A stretch of 64,000 bases of DNA from an uncultured Anaerolineales bacterium (GCA_949319575.1 CASGHD010000029.1:2977-66976), one strand, 5' to 3'. Shown: positions 7,374 to 14,744, counted from the first letter of the stretch. Notes: generated by a model not told the origin, from the sequence alone. Numbers and translations are program-made.

Positions 7374-8491
7374 GCGACACCGAGGTTGCCTCCACCCGAT
7401 CGGATTCAATCTGGGGCAAAGCCATTTTACTGATCGGTGGAATCACCCTCCTGTGCTGTTTCGGGATGTTGTCATACTTCGGGTTATTATTTTATGTGGT
7501 GGATCGGGATGTTTCCCTGATTCCTTCGCCGACCCTCGACCCCAATTGCGGAGAAAACTTCTGCTTAAATGCCTGCCTGCGGGCCCTGCCCAACTTTGCG
7601 CGCATCGACCTTCCTGAACATAAAAATGAACTGGATCAAAAAGCAGGAGGGTATGTGCTTGCAAGCTACTGGGTCAAACAAGCCGATGGCTCACTGAACA
7701 AGCTGTCCAAGCCCGAGGTTCCATCGTATTTACAACCCTACCAGGACGATACCGAATTACATGCCCGTATCTGGAAGTACGCAAAACAAATTTTCGACGC
7801 CGGGGATCAAGCGCATATTTCCTATATCACTTTTTATGCGGATACCCATGTGGATCGCTATGCCGCCAGCGTGTGGGTGACATCCAGTGGAAAGTGGACC
7901 TTGAATGTAAACCTGGCGGAATTCGGCAGCGCTTGGGATACTTCGGAAACAATCATCCACGAGCACGCTCACATCCTGACTTTGGATGATTCGCAGGTGA
8001 CAGGAATTGGACCCTGGTATGACGAGGAAATTGATCGGAAAGATTTCGACGCAAAGTCCAACGTATGCGGCGAGCAATTCTTCACAGGCGCGGAATGCGC
8101 GCGCGATACGTCCTACATCAACGAATTCGGAAAGCGTTTCTGGCACGGTCAGTTATACGAGGATTGGGTAACCGTCTTCCTGCAAGGGAGCGAGACAGAG
8201 GAGCGTAGCCCCGCCCTGGATGAATTCTATTTGAAATATCAAGACCAATTCGTCACCGCATACGCCGCCACCAACCCGTCGGAAGATATCGCCGAATCAT
8301 GGTCGGAATTCATCTTGTTCCCCAAACCTGCGGGAGACTCGGTTGCCCAGCACAAAATACTCTTCTTCTATGAATACCCGGAGTTGGTCCAATTGCGGGG
8401 GAACATTCTATCGACAATTTGTCAATATGCCGTGGCGCAAACTGGCACACCCACCCCGCAAACACCGGCGGTTCAATTAACCCCACCTTAA
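7370..8491 (+). CDS. Membrane-anchored putative zinc metallopeptidase (HExxH), paralogue of the upstream gene
   Basis: N-terminal TM AILLIGGITLLCCFGMLSYFGLLFYVV and HEHAHILTL. It shares the C-terminal block SEDIAE...KILFFYEYPELVQLRGNIL with 6339-7373. ATGA overlap at 7370-7373. Confidence 0.8.
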   Translation: MSDTEVASTRSDSIWGKAILLIGGITLLCCFGMLSYFGLLFYVVDRDVSLIPSPTLDPNCGENFCLNACLRALPNFARIDLPEHKNELDQKAGGYVLASYWVKQADGSLNKLSKPEVPSYLQPYQDDTELHARIWKYAKQIFDAGDQAHISYITFYADTHVDRYAASVWVTSSGKWTLNVNLAEFGSAWDTSETIIHEHAHILTLDDSQVTGIGPWYDEEIDRKDFDAKSNVCGEQFFTGAECARDTSYINEFGKRFWHGQLYEDWVTVFLQGSETEERSPALDEFYLKYQDQFVTAYAATNPSEDIAESWSEFILFPKPAGDSVAQHKILFFYEYPELVQLRGNILSTICQYAVAQTGTPTPQTPAVQLTPP

Positions 8492-8518
8492 GGGGAAACG
8501 CCTGCCAATATTTGGCAG

Positions 8519-8524
8519 TATAAT
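8519..8524 (+). promoter_or_regulatory. Candidate -10 box (TATAAT) 8 nt upstream of the lepB ATG (near-leaderless transcript?)
   Basis: A perfect TATAAT at 8519-8524 is preceded by the palindrome ctgccaatatttggcag. No convincing -35 box and no SD before the ATG at 8533. Confidence 0.25.
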
Positions 8525-8532
8525 CCCGCCAC

Positions 8533-9132
8533 ATGGAATCGCTTCAACCGCCCCTCACAGAACAGAGCTCCCCGCCTACGGGCGAAACAGACCAGCCCGT
8601 CGAATGGAAGCGTCCGTTGCGCGACATCTTCGAAACGCTTCTTCTTGCCGTCGTCTTGTATTTTGGCATCAACGCCATCTCTGCCCGCGTCCGCGTGGAT
8701 GGGTATAGCATGAACCCGTCGCTGGAAAACGGCGAATACATTCTCGTCAACAAGCTGGCGTATAAACTCGGCGCGCCCGTCCGAGGCGATATTGTTGTTT
8801 TTATCTTCCCACTCGACCCGCAACAGGATTTGATCAAGCGCGTGATCGGTTTGCCCGGCGATACAGTCATGATCGAAAATGGGCGGGTGCTGGTCAACGG
8901 TTTGCCGTTGGAGGAACCGTATATTGCCTCGGCGCCGTTTTACAACGGTTCATGGCAGGTGACCGAAGGAAACCTGTTCGTACTGGGTGATAACCGCAAT
9001 GAGTCGAAAGATTCGCACGAGTGGGGTTTGCTCCCCGTAGAAAATGTGATCGGCAAAGCCGTCGTCATTTATTGGCCCCCTCCCAAATGGGAGATCATCA
9101 ACCATATCGATGTGGCTTTTGCCGCGCAATGA
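8533..9132 (+). CDS. lepB: Signal peptidase I
   Basis: GYSMNPSL (Ser box), LIKRVIGLPGDTV (Lys box), GDNRNESKDSHEWG, N-terminal TM. Confidence 0.93.
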   Translation: MESLQPPLTEQSSPPTGETDQPVEWKRPLRDIFETLLLAVVLYFGINAISARVRVDGYSMNPSLENGEYILVNKLAYKLGAPVRGDIVVFIFPLDPQQDLIKRVIGLPGDTVMIENGRVLVNGLPLEEPYIASAPFYNGSWQVTEGNLFVLGDNRNESKDSHEWGLLPVENVIGKAVVIYWPPPKWEIINHIDVAFAAQ

Positions 9133-9142
9133 AACTACACAC

Positions 9143-9454
9143 ATGAGCGAAAAAACCAACGCCGTTCCCCGCCAAACTCATCCAGACCGCGCCCCATGCA
9201 ATGAATGTTCCGCGGGCATCATGCACTTGCGCCACATCACCTATTTCACCTGGCTCGGCGAGGAACTCGTCACCGTGCCGAACTTCCCCGCCTGGATCTG
9301 CGACCTGTGCGGACGGCGCGAGTACGATGAGCGCGCCATCTCGTGGTTGACAATGCTCCTTAGCCCGGAAACAGGAAAGCCCACGCGCCGCGTCAACCGG
9401 ACGCCGAAGCCTGCCCCGCCCACTCTGAATCATCCCACCCCCCCGCTGGATTAA
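9143..9454 (+). CDS. YgiT-type zinc-finger protein (MqsA-like finger without HTH domain)
   Basis: CNEC...x28...CDLCGRREYDE is a paired CxxC finger, followed by a Pro-rich tail. The ATG at 9143 avoids overlap with lepB; an alternative start is at 9110. Confidence 0.6.
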   Translation: MSEKTNAVPRQTHPDRAPCNECSAGIMHLRHITYFTWLGEELVTVPNFPAWICDLCGRREYDERAISWLTMLLSPETGKPTRRVNRTPKPAPPTLNHPTPPLD

Positions 9455-9465
9455 CCCGCCAAGCC

Positions 9466-10008
9466 ATGGACTCTTCCTCACGCACGTATCGTTTCCTCCC
9501 CGCCGACTTGTACACCGCCGGTTATCGCATCGTCGGCAAGGTGATGGCTGGCACGAGCGGCATCATGGGGACGATGAACGACCGCACGAAATCGCATCTC
9601 GAGGTGCACGATGCGCGGCTGGCGCGCATCCACATGCCTACAAAACTGGTGGATCATTTTGAAGTGGTGAGGCTGGTGAAGACCAACATTTTCGCGTTGT
9701 GCGCCGCGCGGCGTGAAGACCTGGGACCCGCGGCAGTGGTACGCGGCGGGTATTCCAATGCCGCGCCTGTCCTTGCCCGGGTTACTTCGCAGGTGTACGA
9801 AGTGGAAGGGAAGCTGGAGATCTCAGGGCGTTTCGATTTTTCGGTGCTGATCTCGGATACCACGCGCGATTTCATCCCGGTCTTCGATGCCGTGCTGGGA
9901 GCCATTCTCATCCCCAATCTTAAAGTGGAAAGCCCCGCCATGTTGTTCAACCGCGTGTTCATCGACATGATGGCGCTCCTCAACCAGCGGGCGAAAGAGG
10001 AAAAGTAG
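9466..10008 (+). CDS. Hypothetical protein, internally duplicated ~70-aa module
   Basis: 180-aa ORF. The two halves (YRIVGKV...FEVVRLVKTNIFAL and YEVEGKL...PAMLFNRVFIDMMAL) look like a tandem duplication. No recognised motif. Confidence 0.6.
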   Translation: MDSSSRTYRFLPADLYTAGYRIVGKVMAGTSGIMGTMNDRTKSHLEVHDARLARIHMPTKLVDHFEVVRLVKTNIFALCAARREDLGPAAVVRGGYSNAAPVLARVTSQVYEVEGKLEISGRFDFSVLISDTTRDFIPVFDAVLGAILIPNLKVESPAMLFNRVFIDMMALLNQRAKEEK

Positions 10009-10040
10009 GAAAGTGTCGAATCTGCGCGTGAAAATTTCTT

Positions 10041-10083
10041 GCCACAGAGGACACTAAGAGAAATGTCTCAAATTCTCTGTGGC
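10041..10083. repeat. Short hairpin repeat (GCCACAGAG ... CTCTGTGGC)
   Basis: 9-bp perfect stem. The same stem sequence recurs at 38020-38079. Confidence 0.6.
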
Positions 10084-10116
10084 TCTACGCGCCAGAATAG
10101 ACACCTACAACGTAAC

Positions 10117-10269
10117 GGGAGCGCTCAAAGGTTGTAGATAGTCCAACAGACTACACCACAGAGACACCGAGCCACGGAGTTTTTTTATTGCTTTTCTCCG
10201 TGTTTCCGTGACTCCGTGGTTAGGGTTTTCCTCCTGTGGTGAAACCCATCTACATACTTTTAGCGCGCC
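10117..10269 (+). mobile_element. MITE copy 1 (~153 bp) with imperfect ~22-bp terminal inverted repeats and a 9-bp target-site duplication
   Basis: Flanked by the identical direct repeat CAACGTAAC at 10108-10116 and 10270-10278. The termini GGGAGCGCTCAAAGGTTGTAGAT and ATCTACATACTTTTAGCGCGCC are inverted repeats. Near-identical to 12364-12517 in reverse orientation. Confidence 0.8.
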
Positions 10270-10285
10270 CAACGTAACAAATTGC

Positions 10286-10314
10286 TTGACCATTGCAAGG
10301 CGGGGTGATAAAAT
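10286..10314 (+). promoter_or_regulatory. Sigma-70-type promoter for tRNA-Glu
   Basis: TTGACC (10286-10291), a 17-nt spacer, then TAAAAT (10309-10314). The tRNA starts at 10340. Confidence 0.5.
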
Positions 10315-10339
10315 CCGCCCGCTTTATAAAAGTAAGTTT

Positions 10340-10412
10340 GCCCCCATCGTCTAGTGGACTAGGACGCAGCCCTTTCAAGGCTACGACCGGGGTTCGAATC
10401 CCCGTGGGGGCA
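10340..10412 (+). tRNA. tRNA-Glu (anticodon UUC), no encoded CCA
   Basis: Manual cloverleaf: acceptor GCCCCCA/TGGGGGC, D arm gtct-agtggacta-ggac, anticodon loop cTTTCaa, T arm cgggg-ttcgaat-ccccg. Confidence 0.9.
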
Positions 10413-10458
10413 CAACGTTATTCAGTGAAAAACCAGTCATCATCGAATGGAGCAGATA

Positions 10459-10701
10459 ATGACTGGTCACGCTCACAAACATTTTTTGACTTTACCCGCT
10501 ATGCCTGATCTCGAACAATTTTCTACGGTTGATGAAGTGGCGCAAAAATTGAAATTCCACCCTGAAACTGTGCGCCGCCTTGTCCGTGATGGAATCCTCG
10601 AGGGGACAAAATGGCGTCGAGAATGGCTGGTACTGAAATCGTCTGTCGAAAAGTACAAAAAGCAATTCGGCGATAATAAGCACAACTCGCGCCGAAAGTA
10701 A
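10459..10701 (+). CDS. Excisionase/MerR-family helix-turn-helix DNA-binding protein
   Basis: STVDEVAQKLKFHPETVRRLVRDGILEGTKWRREWLV fits the HTH_17/excisionase pattern. GGAG lies 6 nt before the ATG at 10459. Alternative starts are 10447 and 10501; 10501 would give a typical 66-aa protein. Confidence 0.7.
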   Translation: MTGHAHKHFLTLPAMPDLEQFSTVDEVAQKLKFHPETVRRLVRDGILEGTKWRREWLVLKSSVEKYKKQFGDNKHNSRRK

Positions 10702-10731
10702 AAGCGACTGTTTGAAACAGTCGCTTTTTTG
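10701..10731 (+). terminator. Rho-independent terminator
   Basis: agcgactgt-ttgaa-acagtcgct followed by TTTTTTG, starting at the stop codon of the HTH gene. Confidence 0.8.
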
Positions 10732-10737
10732 TTGCCT

Positions 10738-10764
10738 GACCATATTGTATTATACAATATGGTC
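10738..10764. promoter_or_regulatory. Perfect 27-nt AT-rich palindrome (candidate operator)
   Basis: gaccatattgtat-t-atacaatatggtc has 13-bp perfect arms around a single central T. It sits between the terminator and the next small ORF. Confidence 0.4.
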
Positions 10765-10810
10765 AATTGCGCTTTGACAACTTCATACTCACCTATCGCG
10801 CGCCCGTGTG

Positions 10811-11032
10811 ATGAGCAAGGGTATTGATAGCGCGGCAAACAACCCACCGAAAGGAGGTGATGAAATCGTGAATGATATGTGGAAAGAGATTTTGAACGTG
10901 TGCGAAAACCTGGACGCCAAAGGCAAAGCGGCTGTACTTCGTCGAGCGCGGCGGTTGCTTGCCAGGCAGAAAAAACAAATTGCCGCCTCTTGCGAAGCGG
11001 CAACCCTTCCAGCGCAAGGGATCACGCGCTGA
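10811..11032 (+). CDS. Small hypothetical protein (73 aa), weakly supported
   Basis: The only sizeable ORF in the 450-nt gap, with a helical/basic C-terminus KAAVLRRARRLLARQKK. No SD and no recognisable family. Confidence 0.3.
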   Translation: MSKGIDSAANNPPKGGDEIVNDMWKEILNVCENLDAKGKAAVLRRARRLLARQKKQIAASCEAATLPAQGITR

Positions 11033-11151
11033 AACAACCGAAAGGGATTCTAGCATACTATGTATTTGTCACTCTTCAAATATCAAATTGTTGTCGGACA
11101 AATGAGAGAACAAGAAAGTATTAATTTCAAATTGTCGTAGCGCTATTTCCC

Positions 11152-12267
11152 TCACCCATCCAAATGATACATATGATACCCGTTCTGGCATGGGTTGCCC
11201 CAGGCGATGCGCATCTCGCGCGCGGTTAGGTCGATGACCAGCGCGGAAATGGTGCTCTCGCGGTCCATCGGGTCGATGCCGGCGATGTTGTGATTGCAAA
11301 TGGAGTTCGGCAGGTTCACATGATCCTTCTGGATCGCCTGCAAGGTCTCGATCGTATGGGTCGAGTTCTCGCGCAATAATCGGTTGGCGCGGAAATAACG
11401 CACGCGCGACGAGATCAACTCCTCAGGGTCTTTCTCGATCTCTTTCATCGTTTGCGAAAGATAATGGTTCGTATGAACCATGTACCCGTCTGTGCCATGC
11501 AGGATGTCGAAGCGTTTCGCAGAGACCTCCACCGAATACATCTCCCCGCTTTCATGGAGGAGTAAATGGTTGTAGCCTGCCGCGCGCCGCGAGATGAGAG
11601 TCCGCCCGATGGCGCCGGAAATACGACGTGAAGAAAGAACGGCGCGCGCAACAACCAGGCGGGGAATCCCGATGCGGGAATCGTTCGGGTAGACCGAGTC
11701 GATGAGTTGGGCGATGCCGTAAGCGTTGAATCCAACATTGGGGAGGAGTCCGCCGTACGTCAGGGCAAGAAACGGGGGTTCCTCCTTTGGCTTCGCCGAG
11801 ATCACGCACACATCGTTCTCATCCTCGGGCACCCAATCTTCATTGTGCGCCGCCAGCACATGACCATCTGCCGAGCGCTGTTCGTTGACCGCAAAACTGG
11901 TGCAACGCGTAAGGTGCAAAGCGTCCATCGTCACGGCTTCCATGGCGTTGAGCGTCACCACATCGTCGAACGACACATTCGCCCCCTCGGCAATGCCGCG
12001 CATTTCGTCCACATACTGGGGATAACGCTCCTCGGCAAACGGCAAATATTTACGCGACTGCATCTGCGCGCCCCCCCAGGTAAGTTCAAGGGTGTTGTAC
12101 GATTGGTCAATCAACACGCGGGCATTCTCAATGCTATGTTGAACCTGTTCGCGCCTCGCTTCGCCGACTTGCCTGCCCATTTCGCGATGCGTGCCCGAAA
12201 CCTCCACCAGCGGCGGGGGAGAATCGTGAAGTATCGTGTTCGGAATGGGGGTTTGTTGTAACGCCAT
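11152..12267 (-). CDS. C45-family (Ntn, acyl-CoA:6-APA acyltransferase-like) peptidase/acyltransferase
   Basis: LTRCTSFAV...AHNEDW motif. The ATG at 12267 is preceded by GGAGGA. The listed ORF start at 12426 would read through the MITE. Confidence 0.8.
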   Translation of the reverse strand: MALQQTPIPNTILHDSPPPLVEVSGTHREMGRQVGEARREQVQHSIENARVLIDQSYNTLELTWGGAQMQSRKYLPFAEERYPQYVDEMRGIAEGANVSFDDVVTLNAMEAVTMDALHLTRCTSFAVNEQRSADGHVLAAHNEDWVPEDENDVCVISAKPKEEPPFLALTYGGLLPNVGFNAYGIAQLIDSVYPNDSRIGIPRLVVARAVLSSRRISGAIGRTLISRRAAGYNHLLLHESGEMYSVEVSAKRFDILHGTDGYMVHTNHYLSQTMKEIEKDPEELISSRVRYFRANRLLRENSTHTIETLQAIQKDHVNLPNSICNHNIAGIDPMDRESTISALVIDLTAREMRIAWGNPCQNGYHMYHLDG

Positions 12268-12363
12268 GAGTCCTCCAAAATAATAAATCCGCCCCAGATG
12301 CGCATCCGGGGCGGACAAATTATACCCTTCACGGGCATACCTATCACGCGGACTTTTTACGCC

Positions 12364-12517
12364 GAGTGCGCTAAAAGTATGTAGATGGGTTTCACCACAG
12401 GCGGAAAACCCTAACCACGGAGTCACGGAAACACGGAGAAAAGCAATAAAAAAACTCCGCGACTCGGTGTCTCCGTGGTTTAGTCTGTTGGGCTATCTAC
12501 AACCTTTGAGTGCTCCC
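12364..12517 (-). mobile_element. MITE copy 2 (~154 bp), inverted relative to copy 1, with its own 9-bp target-site duplication
   Basis: Flanked by TTTTACGCC at 12355-12363 and 12518-12526. Only a handful of substitutions relative to the reverse complement of 10117-10269. Confidence 0.8.
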
Positions 12518-12519
12518 TT

Positions 12520-13497
12520 TTACGCCTGCGCTGTAGGTGAAGGCGGCGGACTCACGATCACACCAGACGCGTGAATGGTGCGCGACCCGAAGCGGGTGAT
12601 CACCACCGAGCCGATCGCCAGCAACCCAAGCAGGAATTGCGCCAGACCGCCGAGGCAAGGGATAAACCCAAGCGCGCCGCTGACCAGCACGAACAGGAAG
12701 GTTCCAACGCCCACCGTCACCACCGGCGACCACGTCTGACTCATTGCCCTGGCAAAACGATCCCCCACTTCCGAACCGAAGGCGACGATCCCGAACAACC
12801 AGGCAAAGCCCAGCACGATCGGCGGGATGATCGTGAGGAACAGCAACACGCTCACCACCACTGCCAGCAAGCCCATCGCGCCGACCATCAGCGGTTGCGC
12901 GGCAATGGCGCTACCCGCCCGTTCCATTTGCGGCTTCCAGAACAACGAAAGCAACATGGCAAATCCCGCCGCCAGCGTTGCCCAGAAGAACAACTGAAAC
13001 ATCTGCCCAAAAAAGCTGAACCCAAAATCGTACTTCACATTGATCCTGGACGGATCTAGAATAGGCGGAACCTCCCCATCCGGGATATTGATCTCCGGCT
13101 GAACGTTATTGACGATCTCGCCCTCGACAACGGCTCCCTCCGCCACCACCGCCTGCCCGCCAATCGTGACAACATCACCCAGCGCCGACGCGGTGTCGTT
13201 CAAATAAATCTGTCCGCCAACGGCAACAACATCGCCATGGATGGTCCCGTCGCTTTCCACAGTGCCGCCGAACACGATCAGGCTTCCGTTGAAATCGGCG
13301 TCTTCTTCAATGGTTACATTCCCGCCAAAGACCACCAGATCGCCATCAAACGAATCGCCGGATTCCAGCGTGAAATTACTCCCAAAGATCACCTGCCCGC
13401 CGCTAGGTCCCGGCCCTTGGGCAAACGCCGCGCCTGTTGGAACAAGCACAAGCATGAAAAGGGCAATCAGGGAAACGAGTCTAAATTTTGTCTTCAT
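12520..13497 (-). CDS. Signal-peptide protein with bactofilin-like (polymer-forming, DUF583-type) repeats and C-terminal multi-TM region
   Basis: Signal MKTKFRLVSLIALFMLVLVPTGAAFA; repeats GDLVVFGGNVTI / GSLIVFGGTVES / GDVVAVGGQIYL / GDVVTIGGQAVV; then about 4 hydrophobic helices. Confidence 0.75.
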   Translation of the reverse strand: MKTKFRLVSLIALFMLVLVPTGAAFAQGPGPSGGQVIFGSNFTLESGDSFDGDLVVFGGNVTIEEDADFNGSLIVFGGTVESDGTIHGDVVAVGGQIYLNDTASALGDVVTIGGQAVVAEGAVVEGEIVNNVQPEINIPDGEVPPILDPSRINVKYDFGFSFFGQMFQLFFWATLAAGFAMLLSLFWKPQMERAGSAIAAQPLMVGAMGLLAVVVSVLLFLTIIPPIVLGFAWLFGIVAFGSEVGDRFARAMSQTWSPVVTVGVGTFLFVLVSGALGFIPCLGGLAQFLLGLLAIGSVVITRFGSRTIHASGVIVSPPPSPTAQA

Positions 13498-13500
13498 ACA

Positions 13501-14031
13501 CTACGCTCCTTGCGGCGCGCCACGAAACGCGAACCGCCAAATTGACACCGACCATAACAAACTAACGCCGGCAACGCCCGAGACGATCACCATCCACCCA
13601 AACGGCGGGAGCAACCTGCCCAGCACATTGAGGATGACCGCGCCAGCCTCTGCGCTCGCCTGAAGCGTCGTCAGGACAAACACGCCCGTTTGCACCAGTG
13701 CGGCGATCCAACTGGCAGGCGATTGCAAAAAGCCAGCCAGATAAGGCGACGCCAGCCACCCCAACAACAACACCCCGCCCAACGTGAAAAAGATCGAACC
13801 GAGTATGCGGCGACGGCGGTCTGCGGCTTTCTCAGCCGCCAGTCGCGCCTGAAACCGGGTAGCAAATCCCTGCGCGGGCACAGCCATTTTCACAGAACGC
13901 AAAACCCTGGCAGTCTTCACCAGCGCGGCGCAATACGCGCACGAACGCAGGTGCGAATCCAGTTCGCGCTGTTGTTGCGCGTCAAGCGCAACCTCATTCA
14001 AAAGCCAGGTTTCAAAAGGCTGGTGATTCAT
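13501..14031 (-). CDS. Anti-sigma factor (zf-HC2 type), membrane-spanning
   Basis: HLRSCAYC (H-x3-C-x2-C), TM segments, and a 20-nt overlap with the upstream ECF sigma gene. Confidence 0.8.
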   Translation of the reverse strand: MNHQPFETWLLNEVALDAQQQRELDSHLRSCAYCAALVKTARVLRSVKMAVPAQGFATRFQARLAAEKAADRRRRILGSIFFTLGGVLLLGWLASPYLAGFLQSPASWIAALVQTGVFVLTTLQASAEAGAVILNVLGRLLPPFGWMVIVSGVAGVSLLWSVSIWRFAFRGAPQGA

Positions 14032-14620
14032 GGCGTCTCCTTTCCGTTCGGGCAGGGGGCGGAGTTTCCTCCTCCTGCCACATGCCTGCCAGCGCCCGGC
14101 GCGAGCGGTGCAGGCGGCTCTTCACAGCGCTGACCGTCAACTGCAACGACTCAGCGATCTCAATTTCAGAATAGTCATACCAATATCTCATGATCACAGC
14201 CGCGCGATCCGTTTCGTCGAGGTTGCGCAACAACCCGTGCAGGCGGTCGCGCTCCTCCCGCCTGGTCGATTCAGCCTCGGGGTCGGGCGAAGCGGGGTCA
14301 GCAAATTCGAAAACCGTCCCATCCTCGCGTTCCTCATCCATCGAAAAGACCGAGAGCTTCTTTCGGCGCAGGCGGTCGATGCAATAATGCGCGGCGATCG
14401 AAAGCAACCAGGTGACGAACGAGCGGCTTTGGTCGTACCGATGCAGGTTTTGGTAGGCGCGCAAAAACGCCTCCTGCGCCGCATCCTCCGCCGATTCAGG
14501 CTCGCCCAACATCCGATAACACAAGTTATACACATGCGTCTGGTGTGCCTCGACGAGCCGGGTAAATGCCTCGTCACTACCTTGTTGCGCCTGGGCTACC
14601 CAGGCAAGTTCATCGTTCAC
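14012..14620 (-). CDS. ECF (sigma-70 family, RpoE-like) RNA polymerase sigma factor
   Basis: Region 2 DAAQEAFLRAYQNLHRYD...FVTWLLSIAAHYCIDRLRR; region 4 SEIEIAESLQLTVSAVKSRLHRSRRAL. GTG start with GAGGAG upstream. Confidence 0.9.
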   Translation of the reverse strand: MNDELAWVAQAQQGSDEAFTRLVEAHQTHVYNLCYRMLGEPESAEDAAQEAFLRAYQNLHRYDQSRSFVTWLLSIAAHYCIDRLRRKKLSVFSMDEEREDGTVFEFADPASPDPEAESTRREERDRLHGLLRNLDETDRAAVIMRYWYDYSEIEIAESLQLTVSAVKSRLHRSRRALAGMWQEEETPPPARTERRRHESPAF

Positions 14621-14744
14621 CTGCGCTCCTCGTACGCCTTATACGCCTTGCGGACCAAATAGTTGCGGGAAATTTAACAGAGGACGAACGTCGCTTCATT
14701 CTACCAGTGAGGCTGACGCTACCCCCCATCATTTCCCGCCTCGT

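Noticed and set aside
10473-11003. 176-aa minus-strand ORF covering the HTH gene, terminator and palindrome.
   Set aside because: It is antisense to a gene with a recognisable HTH motif and crosses a strong plus-strand terminator and the 27-nt palindrome. It has no motif.
10340-12300. Prophage or genomic island integrated at tRNA-Glu.
   Set aside because: No integrase, no phage structural genes and no att-like repeat of the tRNA 3' end were found within the window. Only a weaker remnant hypothesis is kept as a finding.
12268-12426. 53-codon N-terminal extension of the C45 peptidase ORF.
   Set aside because: The extension is encoded by the MITE copy and its flank. The ATG at 12267 has a GGAGGA Shine-Dalgarno, and the conserved domain starts right after it.
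10108-12526. Interpretation of the inverted 153-bp repeats as the ends of a composite transposon or invertible segment carrying tRNA-Glu, the HTH gene and the C45 peptidase.
   Set aside because: Each copy has its own, different, perfect 9-bp direct repeat, which indicates two independent insertions. A single composite element would share one TSD across its outer ends. No transposase or invertase lies between them.
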